Positions 29,810 through 39,682 of a DNA stretch of 60,612 nucleotides are shown piece by piece (position 1 is the first letter of the stretch; each line of letters starts with the position of its first letter). The notes under the pieces are model-generated. The model was not told where the DNA came from. It searched no databases and worked only from the letters and a program-made list of their open reading frames with translations. A program made the translations under genes and the position numbers. Source of the DNA: an uncultured Candidatus Poseidoniales archaeon (GTDB taxonomy: Archaea; Thermoplasmatota; Poseidoniia; Poseidoniales; CAYMED01); the NCBI GenBank assembly GCA_964389655.1, contig CAYMED010000017.1, positions 1 through 60,612 on the forward strand, given 5' to 3'.

Positions 29810-31282
29810 ATGAGCGATGAAGAGGCACCCGACGAAGCGGATCTGTTTTTCAATGAGAGCATGCAGAGATTGCTCAAACAACGACTTCCAGTTATCGCGA
29901 ATGTCGCACTGCTCCTCTTCATCGTAGGATTTGTACTTCAGGCACTTGGAGGCGTATTTCAGCCATTTTTGATGGCAGTCTTGGTATATTTCGTCCTCAA
30001 ACCTGCTGCAATTCGCATCAACAAAATAACGGGAATGCGAATGGGATGGGCATATTTCTTCGTGGTGCTGATGTTTGTCAATGCGATTGTGCTAGTTTTC
30101 CTTGCAGTAGCGTGGAATGTGCAGTCATTTGCTGCAGATGATGCAACAAGGGCCATTGTAATAGCGAATTATGAAAATATGGCCGCTCAACTCAACGGCA
30201 GCGGCTTAGTTGATGTTTCAAAGTACAATGAGCCATCAACGGTATTCACACCCGCAATGCAGGCAAGTCTTGTCTCTTCTATTGCTAGCGGATTATTTGC
30301 TACCGTAACAATGGTTCTGTTCTTGGCCTTCATCATTTACGAGGTCCCATTGCTTGAGGCGCGCATTGCTCGTGCCTTTCCAGGTGGGAAATCTGCTGCG
30401 ATTGTTGACGTGTCGCGCAAGATAGAATCGAGTGTCAATGCATATCTTCTGACAAAAACGAATGTCAGTCTTGGAACAGGAATCTGCACGTCACTCCTTT
30501 GTCTCCTGCTGGGAGTCCCACTTTGGTTTGTCTGGGGGCTTTTAGCATTCTTATTCAATTATGTACCATATATCGGTTCACTGATTGCCTGTGCCCCACC
30601 AATGATTTTGGGCTTCCTAGCGCCTGGAACGATATTTTTCGTCTATGAATTAACAAATCCAATCATATCTGGACTTATTGTGGCCACTGTTCTCACCGTA
30701 AATCAACAAGTTTGGGGATCAATCATCGAGACAAAATGGACTGGGAATCAACTCGATGTCAGCCCGGTCCTTCTATTGCTGACATTTGCCTATGGAGGAT
30801 TTGTCTGGGGAATCATCGGAATGATTCTTTCAGCTCCAGTTACTGTCATCATCAAAATTGTTTTTGAGAATATCGAGCCTACTCGACCAATTGCGATATT
30901 AATGCAGGAAAAAGTAAGAAGTTTGCGGGAAATTTATACCGACGCACTAGAAGATGGGTCATTTGATCGTGCTGAGGAATTGACGATTCAGCGAATGGTT
31001 GCCGATCTTGGGATCGATGAAGGAATGGCATATGTCATTGCCGCACGAGCTGCTTTCGATGTTGCTGCTTCTGCTGGCAAAAAGAAACTTCACCCAAATG
31101 ATGTAGAAATGCGCATGATTGGGCGTGCAATGGATCACTTAGAACTAGACAATGAAGAAAGAGAGAAAATTCTGGGCTTCCTTGATGACGGGGAAATTGA
31201 CGCCGAAGAGGCTGCTTATTTGGACAACCTATTCCCCGATTCGCATGGTGAATTCAAGATCGATGAAAGTCTTGCAGCCTAA
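29810..31282 (+). CDS. AI-2E family transporter with C-terminal soluble extension
   Basis: AYLLTKT, LFNYVPYIGS, IETKWTG..LDVSP, WGIIGMILSAP. Confidence 0.85.
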   Translation: MSDEEAPDEADLFFNESMQRLLKQRLPVIANVALLLFIVGFVLQALGGVFQPFLMAVLVYFVLKPAAIRINKITGMRMGWAYFFVVLMFVNAIVLVFLAVAWNVQSFAADDATRAIVIANYENMAAQLNGSGLVDVSKYNEPSTVFTPAMQASLVSSIASGLFATVTMVLFLAFIIYEVPLLEARIARAFPGGKSAAIVDVSRKIESSVNAYLLTKTNVSLGTGICTSLLCLLLGVPLWFVWGLLAFLFNYVPYIGSLIACAPPMILGFLAPGTIFFVYELTNPIISGLIVATVLTVNQQVWGSIIETKWTGNQLDVSPVLLLLTFAYGGFVWGIIGMILSAPVTVIIKIVFENIEPTRPIAILMQEKVRSLREIYTDALEDGSFDRAEELTIQRMVADLGIDEGMAYVIAARAAFDVAASAGKKKLHPNDVEMRMIGRAMDHLELDNEEREKILGFLDDGEIDAEEAAYLDNLFPDSHGEFKIDESLAA

Positions 31283-31337
31283 ACCCTATGATTCATGAGA
31301 CCGCAGGCATCATGTTCTCGATGAAGCACGCTGCTCC

Positions 31338-31895
31338 ATGTCCAAGTTGCAGGACCTGTTGCGAAGTGGTCTTGCAGCGGGAGAATGGGCATCTACAGGG
31401 CCACCAATTCCCCCGATAGAGACCTCTGGCACAGCATATACGATCGTTGAAGAAAAAACAACGGAAGGTGAGGTTTTAATTGATGATGACACATTATCGT
31501 CGGGTGAAGTTGCAGAAATTGTGCATTCACCTGATGCCACACTTGAGCGAATGGCTGGATTTTCGGCCGGCAATCTCGATCCTAAAATTCTAGCATCGAG
31601 ACTGATTGCTGCAGACCGACTTCGCCCAGACCATAGCCCATTGGCTGCGCATTTGCTGGAGACCGAAGAAAAAGTAGCAACTTTCACAGCTACAGATTCA
31701 ATGAGGAAAATGGCAAGTGCAAAAGAAAACCGAGAATTACGACCGAATACACCTGCACGATCAACACCTGTAAAAGAAAAAGAAACAATGGGGTGGAAAC
31801 TTGAAAGATCACCTCGAGCAAAGCGAGGATCAAGTTCCGGATACACTCTTAACAAAGATTCACAAACAAAATGGGTCAAAGAACGAAAAATCTAG
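31338..31895 (+). CDS. Hypothetical protein
   Basis: Fills the gap; acidic N-half and basic C-tail. Confidence 0.55.
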   Translation: MSKLQDLLRSGLAAGEWASTGPPIPPIETSGTAYTIVEEKTTEGEVLIDDDTLSSGEVAEIVHSPDATLERMAGFSAGNLDPKILASRLIAADRLRPDHSPLAAHLLETEEKVATFTATDSMRKMASAKENRELRPNTPARSTPVKEKETMGWKLERSPRAKRGSSSGYTLNKDSQTKWVKERKI

Positions 31896-31902
31896 ATTCA
31901 TC

Positions 31903-32961
31903 TCATTCATCCTCTAAGCGCCATCTCAAAAGACCAATGGCTCCACCAAACCCAAGAACCTGTGCACCAGCATCATGATCACCAGCCATTTGCAAAATCT
32001 CACCACCACTTTGGCGTACTTTTGTGCAAATCAGTGATAAAACATGACCTTCTTCCCGTAGAAGGTCGGCATCGACGAGCAAACATTCAATCGCTCCTTT
32101 TTCAGATGCACGTTGTAAATCGGAAATCCCCCATGCAACTGCTCCATCTTTTGCAATCCGTTCTAAGGCCTCATTGAGGAATTGTGATTGGAGAACAATG
32201 GCATGATCTTGGATGACCGTATTGAGATCATTCCGAACAAGTATTTCATTCAATGCTGAACGCCCACCAGTTGAAGTACCAATTGATTCTATCGGATTCT
32301 TACCCCCAACATCTCTGATCAATGTTGCTAATTGGTCTCTAGTTTGACCAGGGCCACATAGCACAAGAGGACGTTCATCTGGAATTGTTTCAACAATGGA
32401 TGCTGCTGCTGCCTGAAGGAAACCCTTCTGTACAGATTCGGAGCCACGTTCTCGCTTACCTCCTCCACGCATTGTACGCTGATCAACATCTCGTACCCCC
32501 CCACGGGCAAGTGCGTAAATAGAGACTTCATCATGCTCAACAACTACAATCAGTGCCTGTGTTGAACCTGTATCTGCTAATGCCTCATCAAGTAGAGATT
32601 TATCATCTTCATTCAACCCCCCTTCAACGATCAAAGTTAGTTCAGAGGGTGGCTGGAGTAAATGGGTATGATGCTGTCCCACGTCAAAGTCTGCTTTTGT
32701 GATCAATCCATGGACTCGCAATCTATCTGAGAAGGGCTGATGCTCAACGGTCTCGATCTTTATCTCGATGCGCATTTTCCTCCGTTCAGCCGCCTTTGCT
32801 CTGCCGTCATCCTCAACAGTGCGGCGTGTTGTAGGATCCCTTCGCTCTCCAAGCATGGATAGTCGATACCCACGTCTTGCTATTCGCGCCAAAACCCATA
32901 GGTCATCTGCATCATTAATTCGTAAAGAGATACGTTCGTGATCCCTCCCTTTTCGACGCAT
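31903..32961 (-). CDS. pelA: Pelota/Dom34 ribosome rescue factor
   Basis: DDLWVL, RLRVHG, GQHHT, GPG, GAIECLLV, FGGAIGLLRW; GAGGTGA SD after the fhs stop. Confidence 0.88.
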   Translation of the reverse strand: MRRKGRDHERISLRINDADDLWVLARIARRGYRLSMLGERRDPTTRRTVEDDGRAKAAERRKMRIEIKIETVEHQPFSDRLRVHGLITKADFDVGQHHTHLLQPPSELTLIVEGGLNEDDKSLLDEALADTGSTQALIVVVEHDEVSIYALARGGVRDVDQRTMRGGGKRERGSESVQKGFLQAAAASIVETIPDERPLVLCGPGQTRDQLATLIRDVGGKNPIESIGTSTGGRSALNEILVRNDLNTVIQDHAIVLQSQFLNEALERIAKDGAVAWGISDLQRASEKGAIECLLVDADLLREEGHVLSLICTKVRQSGGEILQMAGDHDAGAQVLGFGGAIGLLRWRLEDE

Positions 32962-32973
32962 TTTGTCACCTCA

Positions 32974-34689
32974 TCAGCCAAATAAGCCCGTGAGATCTCC
33001 ATTTGCATCAATATCCATGTCCATGGCGGCTGGACGAGAAGGAAGGCCAGGCATCGTCATCATTGATCCGCACACTGCCACAACAAACCCCGCACCTGCA
33101 TTCAGGCGAAATTCATTAATCGGCAATTCAAATCCGTTGGGAGTACCCCCCAGTGTAGCATCATGGCTAAATGAATACTGAGTTTTTGCCATGCACACGG
33201 GGACATTTGCAAAACCCCAAGACCGTATTCTAGAGAGATTACGTTCTGCTGCTGGAGAGAAATTAATGGAGGATGCACCATAAACCCTAGTTGCTAACGT
33301 ATGCACTTTTTCGGCTATATCTGCATCTTGGTCAACGACTGGTTTGAATGGGCGGCCATCAGCGATATGGTCCTCACAGCCAGCAACCACTGCTCGAGCA
33401 AGTTCGCGGCCACCCTCTCCACCAAGTGCGTGAACCTCACTCAAAACGGCATCCTTTGCTCCCGCAATGAAGGCTTCTTCCTTGAGTGCTGCAATCTCGG
33501 ATTGGGAGTCGGATGCAAAAGTGTTGATACTGACAACCACAGGGGGGCCGTAAGAGCGAAGATGCGCAATATGCCGAGCCAAATTAGTTCGAGCCCCTGC
33601 TCGTACTGCATCTACATTTTCAGATTCCACTTCTTCAGTTGGTGGGCTGCGGGTAGGTGGTGTGCTGAATCCTCCCCCATGGAGTTTCATACTCCGAACG
33701 GTAACATTCAGCACAATACAATCTGGGGGTCGCTCAGATACTGGTGTTTTGATATGCATGAATTTCTCAGCACCCATATCTGATCCAAAGCCCGCTTCAG
33801 TAATTACGAAATCAGCACTTGCTAGGGCAACTCGGTCTGAGATTATCGATGAATTTCCATGAGCAATATTTGCGAATGGGCCCGTGTGTATGAAAGCGGG
33901 ATCACCTTCCAAAGTCTGTACCAAATTGGGGAGGAAAGCCTCTCTAAGCAAGAGGGCCATAGAACCAGCAACCCCGAGGTCTTCAGTTGTTACTGGATCG
34001 CCGATCCGAGTTTCGGCAACGATAATTGAACCCAAACGTCTGCGAAGGTCATCTCGGTCGCGGGCCAACGCAAGAATGGCCATCACTTCACTAGCAGCTG
34101 TGATATCAAAGCGGTCTTGTCGAGGCACTCCATTCCCATAGCCGCCAAGGCCGATTGCAGCCATTCGTAAAGACCGATCATTCATGTCAACCACACGCGG
34201 CCAGCCAATGCGATCAGAGTGAATTTGGTGTGTATCATTGTGATGGAGACTGTTATCCAATACTGCCGAACACAAATTATGTGCTGCAGATACTGCATGA
34301 ATATCCCCCGTGAAATGAAGATTTATTTCTTCCATCGGAAGAACTTGGGATTTTCCACCACCTGCTGCACCCCCTTTAATCCCAAATACAGGTCCCATCG
34401 ACGGTTCCCTGAGCGTGCAAGTTGCTTTACGACCAAGGCGGTTGAGTGCTTGAGTAAGTCCAATTGTGGTAACTGTTTTCCCTTCACCCAGAGGAGTTGG
34501 GTTCACAGATGTCACTAAAACCAATGCACCGGAAGGGCGATCAAAACGCTCTAGGAGAGCATCATGCGTGATTTTTGCAGTAAAGTCACCATATCGTCGA
34601 AGATCTTCCACACCTATTGAGAGTTTCCAAGCAACTTCTTCGATCGGTAGCATCGAAGCACTCTGCGCAATCTCAAGGTCGGTACTCAT
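32974..34689 (-). CDS. fhs: Formate--tetrahydrofolate ligase
   Basis: PTPLGEGKT, GIKGGAAGGG, NLHFTGD, GPFANIAHG, TEAGFG, CMAKTQYS, MPGLP. Confidence 0.97.
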   Translation of the reverse strand: MSTDLEIAQSASMLPIEEVAWKLSIGVEDLRRYGDFTAKITHDALLERFDRPSGALVLVTSVNPTPLGEGKTVTTIGLTQALNRLGRKATCTLREPSMGPVFGIKGGAAGGGKSQVLPMEEINLHFTGDIHAVSAAHNLCSAVLDNSLHHNDTHQIHSDRIGWPRVVDMNDRSLRMAAIGLGGYGNGVPRQDRFDITAASEVMAILALARDRDDLRRRLGSIIVAETRIGDPVTTEDLGVAGSMALLLREAFLPNLVQTLEGDPAFIHTGPFANIAHGNSSIISDRVALASADFVITEAGFGSDMGAEKFMHIKTPVSERPPDCIVLNVTVRSMKLHGGGFSTPPTRSPPTEEVESENVDAVRAGARTNLARHIAHLRSYGPPVVVSINTFASDSQSEIAALKEEAFIAGAKDAVLSEVHALGGEGGRELARAVVAGCEDHIADGRPFKPVVDQDADIAEKVHTLATRVYGASSINFSPAAERNLSRIRSWGFANVPVCMAKTQYSFSHDATLGGTPNGFELPINEFRLNAGAGFVVAVCGSMMTMPGLPSRPAAMDMDIDANGDLTGLFG

Positions 34690-34808
34690 ACCCCCTCGTT
34701 CTCGTTCCGCTCTTGAAGGATTGCGGCGAAAATTACAGTTACGTGTTCATTCAACTTGCATTGACGCTTGCGCGAGTCTCATGTGCAAAACCCCATCTCG
34801 AGGAGTCA

Positions 34809-35816
34809 ATGAAGCGATGGCTCGACGCGCCCACCCTTGCGATGCTTCTCTTGCTCACCTCATTATCTCCAGCTGTAAAAGCGCTTGACGTAGGTCGGCC
34901 ATCACTATCAGTAGGAGATTGGATGGAATACGATGGCTACACACCTTTCGTCTTAGGTACATTTGAGAATATGACGCCAACAAACATGTCGCTTGAGGCA
35001 ATACAGCTCAATTCATCATCTCGTCTTCATGTTGAAGTCACAAGTATCGGTTCATGTGACATTGGTCCCTGGTTTGGCCCTTGTCGGACCGAAGCCGGCA
35101 CCCATGAGGCAATTGTCAGTCTCGTTTGGTCTGAAGGTGAATCAGGATTTACAGATGATCGAGCGGAAGCTGTTATCACAACTCAACAAGAAATCAAACT
35201 AGGAGAAACTAGTGAAGCAGGACGAAAAGTTGATCGGTCGATAAGAGTTAACATTACTGGCATCGTTGATGATGCCTCTTGGAGCCATGAAACCGAATTA
35301 ATTGAAACTTGGACAGAAGCATGGGTCGGTCCATGGCCTTCAACAATACGTGCTGGAATGCGTTGGACGGTAGAAGAACAAATATCTGGTGATCGAACAA
35401 TACGTGTGCGAGCTAATGCAGGATCTTGGGAAGAAAATTCCAGTCCAATTGGTGAAGTAAGACATGTCGAATGGGCCGCTCTTGGTGAAGCATTGGTGCC
35501 TTCTACTTCATCTCAAATGGATGGCCCAAAATGCTTGGAGATTGAACGACGAACTACTGAATTAAATCATACTGTTGTTGAATGTCGCTCGACACAAGGC
35601 TATATTCTGCGTTCAAGTTTCTCGGAAAATGAAACTTTAACAGGAGTTCTCACATTACGGGAAGCCTATATTGAAGCAATCGAGATAACTGAAGACCAAA
35701 CAGACAGCACTCCCTTTAGCGGGATTCTAATTGCAAGTTTCGCCCTAGCCCTAGGTGCGCTCAAATCCGCGCCCCATCAATCAAGATCCGGTTCGAAAGC
35801 GCTGCTTCGCCAATGA
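34809..35816 (+). CDS. Secreted hypothetical protein with C-terminal anchor (PxLxVGDxxxY)
   Basis: GAGGAG SD, signal peptide, beta-rich, hydrophobic tail. Confidence 0.65.
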   Translation: MKRWLDAPTLAMLLLLTSLSPAVKALDVGRPSLSVGDWMEYDGYTPFVLGTFENMTPTNMSLEAIQLNSSSRLHVEVTSIGSCDIGPWFGPCRTEAGTHEAIVSLVWSEGESGFTDDRAEAVITTQQEIKLGETSEAGRKVDRSIRVNITGIVDDASWSHETELIETWTEAWVGPWPSTIRAGMRWTVEEQISGDRTIRVRANAGSWEENSSPIGEVRHVEWAALGEALVPSTSSQMDGPKCLEIERRTTELNHTVVECRSTQGYILRSSFSENETLTGVLTLREAYIEAIEITEDQTDSTPFSGILIASFALALGALKSAPHQSRSGSKALLRQ

Positions 35817-37071
35817 GTAAACGACCCGTAGCCATGATCGTAGCCAGTGCTTTGGGCTCAAGGGCCAAGCCCTCAACTTCTAAAGAGGATACGATGCATG
35901 AATATGGCATATCCGATGGCCCAATGCATACAACAACACCATCGGAGAACCATTCATCAGCATCTCCACTTGAATCTGGATCCCCTGTATCCTCAATCCA
36001 TTTCGTGTAGGGCTGAGATGCAGCCAACGTAACTGATTCACTTGAGCCTGCCCACCAAAGAACCACATCTACACGCTCAGGTACATCGAGGGTAATGTTC
36101 CACCCACTTAACCGTTCAATTGGGGCGGAAGGATCACTTGATATTGAGATTAGTTTGCCATTCCAAGGGTCACTGGCTGGGTTGAATTCTTTCAACACGA
36201 AATGGCCATCAACTCCAGATAGTGCCGCATCATCACTCCACCACTCAACTGAGGATCGCACACTTGGACACCACGCTCTCCACTCGATTATGGTCCCGCT
36301 AGAATCCGTAGCCGAAGAATTACCTGCCAAGGGACATAAGCCTGCTACATTTGAGGATAAATTGGCGACTTCATCGGTATGGTCGAGGGGGATTATCTCA
36401 TTTTCATCATCAGGAATCGGGATGAAATCACTCTCACCACTCCAAGTCCGAATTCGATTTGATTCTGTGTGCCATGTTTCATTGTGGCGTAGTGGAGGGT
36501 CATGAAATTCCAATGGGGGATACCAATGGGTTTCCATATCAATTGAGGCAAGGGTTAGGCTTCCAACGGCCCAGTCAAAGACAAGTGTGATATTTTGACT
36601 CATTGATATTTTTGCGCCATCAGAAATTCGGAAGGTCTCATATGCATCAAGATCTGCTACAAGAACACCTGAAATGGTTCCAACCACGGGTACAGGGAAT
36701 ACACCTACCCCTGAAAATGTCCCAATTGTATGTCGTCTAGCAACTGGTACGAGATTTGGAGATTGACCGTCGATACGAATTTCGTCAAGCACGGTCGTTG
36801 CTGTCCCAGTCATAAGATTCAATTCAGCACCATCGAGACCAGATTCCGAAACTAATGAGACTGCGTCAAGTGTAACGTCCCAAATCCATTGGTCACCAAC
36901 ACGCCATTCACCTACATCCACAATAATCTCACCTATAGCAGAGGCATTAGGCGCATTCTCTGATGAGCGTGCTACAACTGGGATATCGGCAAATGAGCCT
37001 GATGCACTAAGAGGATATACGAACATGAGGACCAAAAATGCGGGTGCTAGGGCACCCCGAGACTGGGCCAT
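35761..37071 (-). CDS. Secreted hypothetical protein, paralog of the N-terminal region of 12309..16007
   Basis: EWRVGDQW, RISDGA, YPPLEF.D.P, WCPSVRS correspond to motifs in the 12309 protein. Confidence 0.7.
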   Translation of the reverse strand: MAQSRGALAPAFLVLMFVYPLSASGSFADIPVVARSSENAPNASAIGEIIVDVGEWRVGDQWIWDVTLDAVSLVSESGLDGAELNLMTGTATTVLDEIRIDGQSPNLVPVARRHTIGTFSGVGVFPVPVVGTISGVLVADLDAYETFRISDGAKISMSQNITLVFDWAVGSLTLASIDMETHWYPPLEFHDPPLRHNETWHTESNRIRTWSGESDFIPIPDDENEIIPLDHTDEVANLSSNVAGLCPLAGNSSATDSSGTIIEWRAWCPSVRSSVEWWSDDAALSGVDGHFVLKEFNPASDPWNGKLISISSDPSAPIERLSGWNITLDVPERVDVVLWWAGSSESVTLAASQPYTKWIEDTGDPDSSGDADEWFSDGVVVCIGPSDMPYSCIVSSLEVEGLALEPKALATIMATGRLLIGEAALSNRILIDGARI

Positions 37072-37157
37072 AATGGGCCCTTAACGTGTTGCCACATGAT
37101 CCCTCCGACGATCATGTAGCCGGGAGTTTGAACAATAATCACTCTATTTCGTAAATA

Positions 37158-39680
37158 ATGGGGAAGAGAAATGCTGTGCTGGGGCCTAGCGCAGCGCTGA
37201 CCCTATTGCTCCTTTTTCCATCTATTTATGTATCACCAAATGTGATCGGCGAGGAGCCAGAATCAGGTGCACAGTTACTCGAATTTGAGGCAGAAAATAA
37301 GGGAAGGTCATTTGACATCCATGCATTCTTTCCAAAGGCAGGGGACCTAGATAATCAGAGTTGGTTCATCCATCTTGCCGATAATGGGCGCACTGGAAGT
37401 GACTATACATGGCTAACTAAATCCCTCGCAGAACAAGGCCACATCGCAATGTCATTCAATTGGGAGAATCCGAACAGTGCCCGTCCGGCCCAGCGCATGG
37501 TCCAAGATGTTACTGCAATCCGCAAAGAATTTGCACAAAGAATTGGGGTCTCGGAACCCGCTGAGGCGTGGGTCATATCTGGGCATGGGATAGGGTCTGG
37601 GCAAGCCGCCGCTGCACTCAATTCTTGGTCTACCCACGAGGTGGAAGATCAAGCACCCATGGGCTATGTTGCACTAGGATATGCAGATGATGATTCAATG
37701 GATCCATCTGTACTTATCGAAGATGGGATAGGACGCCTAGGACTTTATCTCACTGGAACTGCAGATGAAGTTGCACCCATAACGGAAGACCTCAAAGACC
37801 ACAAAGACGCATCGACTATCGGCTACCACATTGCAGAAGTCATTGGTGCCAATCACCTTCAATACCTTAACTCAGACACGATTTTTGATCGTGCATTTGA
37901 TGGTACTCCAACTCTTACGCGTGAACAGCAGCAAATCCATGCACTAGAGAGAATCTCACCTTACATTTCCCTAATTTGCGAGCATGTACCCACAGAATGG
38001 GAAAATGCAACTGCGCGAAATGATCCTTGGGATAAAGTAAGCAGCGATGCAAATGCCTACGTAACCGAATATCTTGATCCTGTTCGTTTGGCATCTTTCC
38101 AAGGAATTCAGCATTCCCCTGAACTTTCGGCGAGTGACCAATTTGAGATCAATGGGTCATTGAGGCACCTAAATGGAAATATTCCGATGCAGGTGGAAAC
38201 AGAATTAACCTGGGTGGGAAATGGAACAACCCATTCAATCAAGGGAAAAGAAGGTTTGAGCCCGGACATGTTCATTCTTGAAACAAGTGCCGTGGATTTC
38301 CCACCAGGGCAACATGCATTGGTGCTAAAGGCGAGGGTGGATGGATTACCAACTATTGAAAAAGTGACCATAAATCGAACTGATGAAGTTGCTGTTCCCC
38401 GAACCAATATTGTGCGAAACCTTGCTCAAAACCAATCATTATTGCTTTCACCATATGACCTTGTGGATGACCCTGACCACCAGCCCTTGCAAGTTAAATC
38501 GGCAACGAGCACGGATGAAAACTCATCTGAAATTGAGATGAGTGAAGACGGTAATTCGCTAAGAATTCGGCATGTTGGATCTGAGATATGGACGGGTATC
38601 ATCTCAATCGAGGTTCAGGTATCTGAAGCACCTTCAAATCGCATCATTAATGTTGAGATGAAGATCAACATCACTGAACGAGATGCACCCGTCTATCTAA
38701 ATCAGGAACCACCAGGCTTGATCGAATTGATCGAAGATGGAGCACGATATGACCTTGACCTAGCAGACTATGTTTCTGACCCCGAAAATAGACCCCTATC
38801 TATCGAAATAATCTCATATCCAACTGGCCTAGAAGCGGCAATATATGGAACAAAAGTTTCACTAGAGCCAACACCAAATTGGAATGGCAATTCGTCAATT
38901 GTGATCAGCGCCTCTGATGGGGTTACCGCAGCTCTAGTAATTTCAATCTCAATTCAAGTTGAGCCAGTAGATGATAGACCTGTACTCATTGGTAATCCAA
39001 CATTCGAACTTCTTGAACTGGGATCTAGCTCTTGGGACATCTCAGGATTCATCGAAGATCCTGATGGAGACATCCTAAATCTGTCATTGATCCAAGGAAA
39101 TTCAAGTATCAATGCGACATTAAATGGCACAAACCTGACAATTATTTCATTGACAAGAACCTCTGGACCTGTGAAAGGATGGGCAATTATTGCACGCGGT
39201 GCAAATCTCAGTTTAGAAGTCCCCCTTGAAATCTCAATTACAGCAATCAATGACCCGCCTGTCTTGCATAGTGCTACTGGTCGCCCAACACCTGTCGGCC
39301 TGCGTTTTGACGTCTCATTTACTGATCTTGATGGACCGAGCCCTTGGTCAATAGAAATTCTCAACGGATCAATTATTCTTCAATCAGTTACATTAGCCTG
39401 TGCAGAACCCACAGAAAATGGGAGTTTGGTGTGTTTGGCTGAGGTTTCAGGAGTGCCTGCTGTCGAAGTGGATGCGATTAGGTTACGTGATGCTGATGGA
39501 AATGCGTCTGAAAAAATGATGATAAACATTGAAGATGAAGGTACTGCTTCAAGCACAATTTCATCCGCAACGAATCCCCTGATTACAGAGCGTGCAATGA
39601 TGGGCGCAGGACTCATCGCATTGCTAGCTACTGCTGCTTTGATTACCCTATTACGAAGGGATGCTGAAGAGGGATTATAG
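37158..39680 (+). CDS. Alpha/beta-hydrolase-fold domain plus cadherin/Ig-like repeats, C-terminal TM
   Basis: LAEQGH, SGHGIG, GTADEV, GANH; repeats DPD/DPE..VDDRP/INDPP. Confidence 0.65.
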   Translation: MGKRNAVLGPSAALTLLLLFPSIYVSPNVIGEEPESGAQLLEFEAENKGRSFDIHAFFPKAGDLDNQSWFIHLADNGRTGSDYTWLTKSLAEQGHIAMSFNWENPNSARPAQRMVQDVTAIRKEFAQRIGVSEPAEAWVISGHGIGSGQAAAALNSWSTHEVEDQAPMGYVALGYADDDSMDPSVLIEDGIGRLGLYLTGTADEVAPITEDLKDHKDASTIGYHIAEVIGANHLQYLNSDTIFDRAFDGTPTLTREQQQIHALERISPYISLICEHVPTEWENATARNDPWDKVSSDANAYVTEYLDPVRLASFQGIQHSPELSASDQFEINGSLRHLNGNIPMQVETELTWVGNGTTHSIKGKEGLSPDMFILETSAVDFPPGQHALVLKARVDGLPTIEKVTINRTDEVAVPRTNIVRNLAQNQSLLLSPYDLVDDPDHQPLQVKSATSTDENSSEIEMSEDGNSLRIRHVGSEIWTGIISIEVQVSEAPSNRIINVEMKINITERDAPVYLNQEPPGLIELIEDGARYDLDLADYVSDPENRPLSIEIISYPTGLEAAIYGTKVSLEPTPNWNGNSSIVISASDGVTAALVISISIQVEPVDDRPVLIGNPTFELLELGSSSWDISGFIEDPDGDILNLSLIQGNSSINATLNGTNLTIISLTRTSGPVKGWAIIARGANLSLEVPLEISITAINDPPVLHSATGRPTPVGLRFDVSFTDLDGPSPWSIEILNGSIILQSVTLACAEPTENGSLVCLAEVSGVPAVEVDAIRLRDADGNASEKMMINIEDEGTASSTISSATNPLITERAMMGAGLIALLATAALITLLRRDAEEGL

Positions 39681-39682
39681 GA

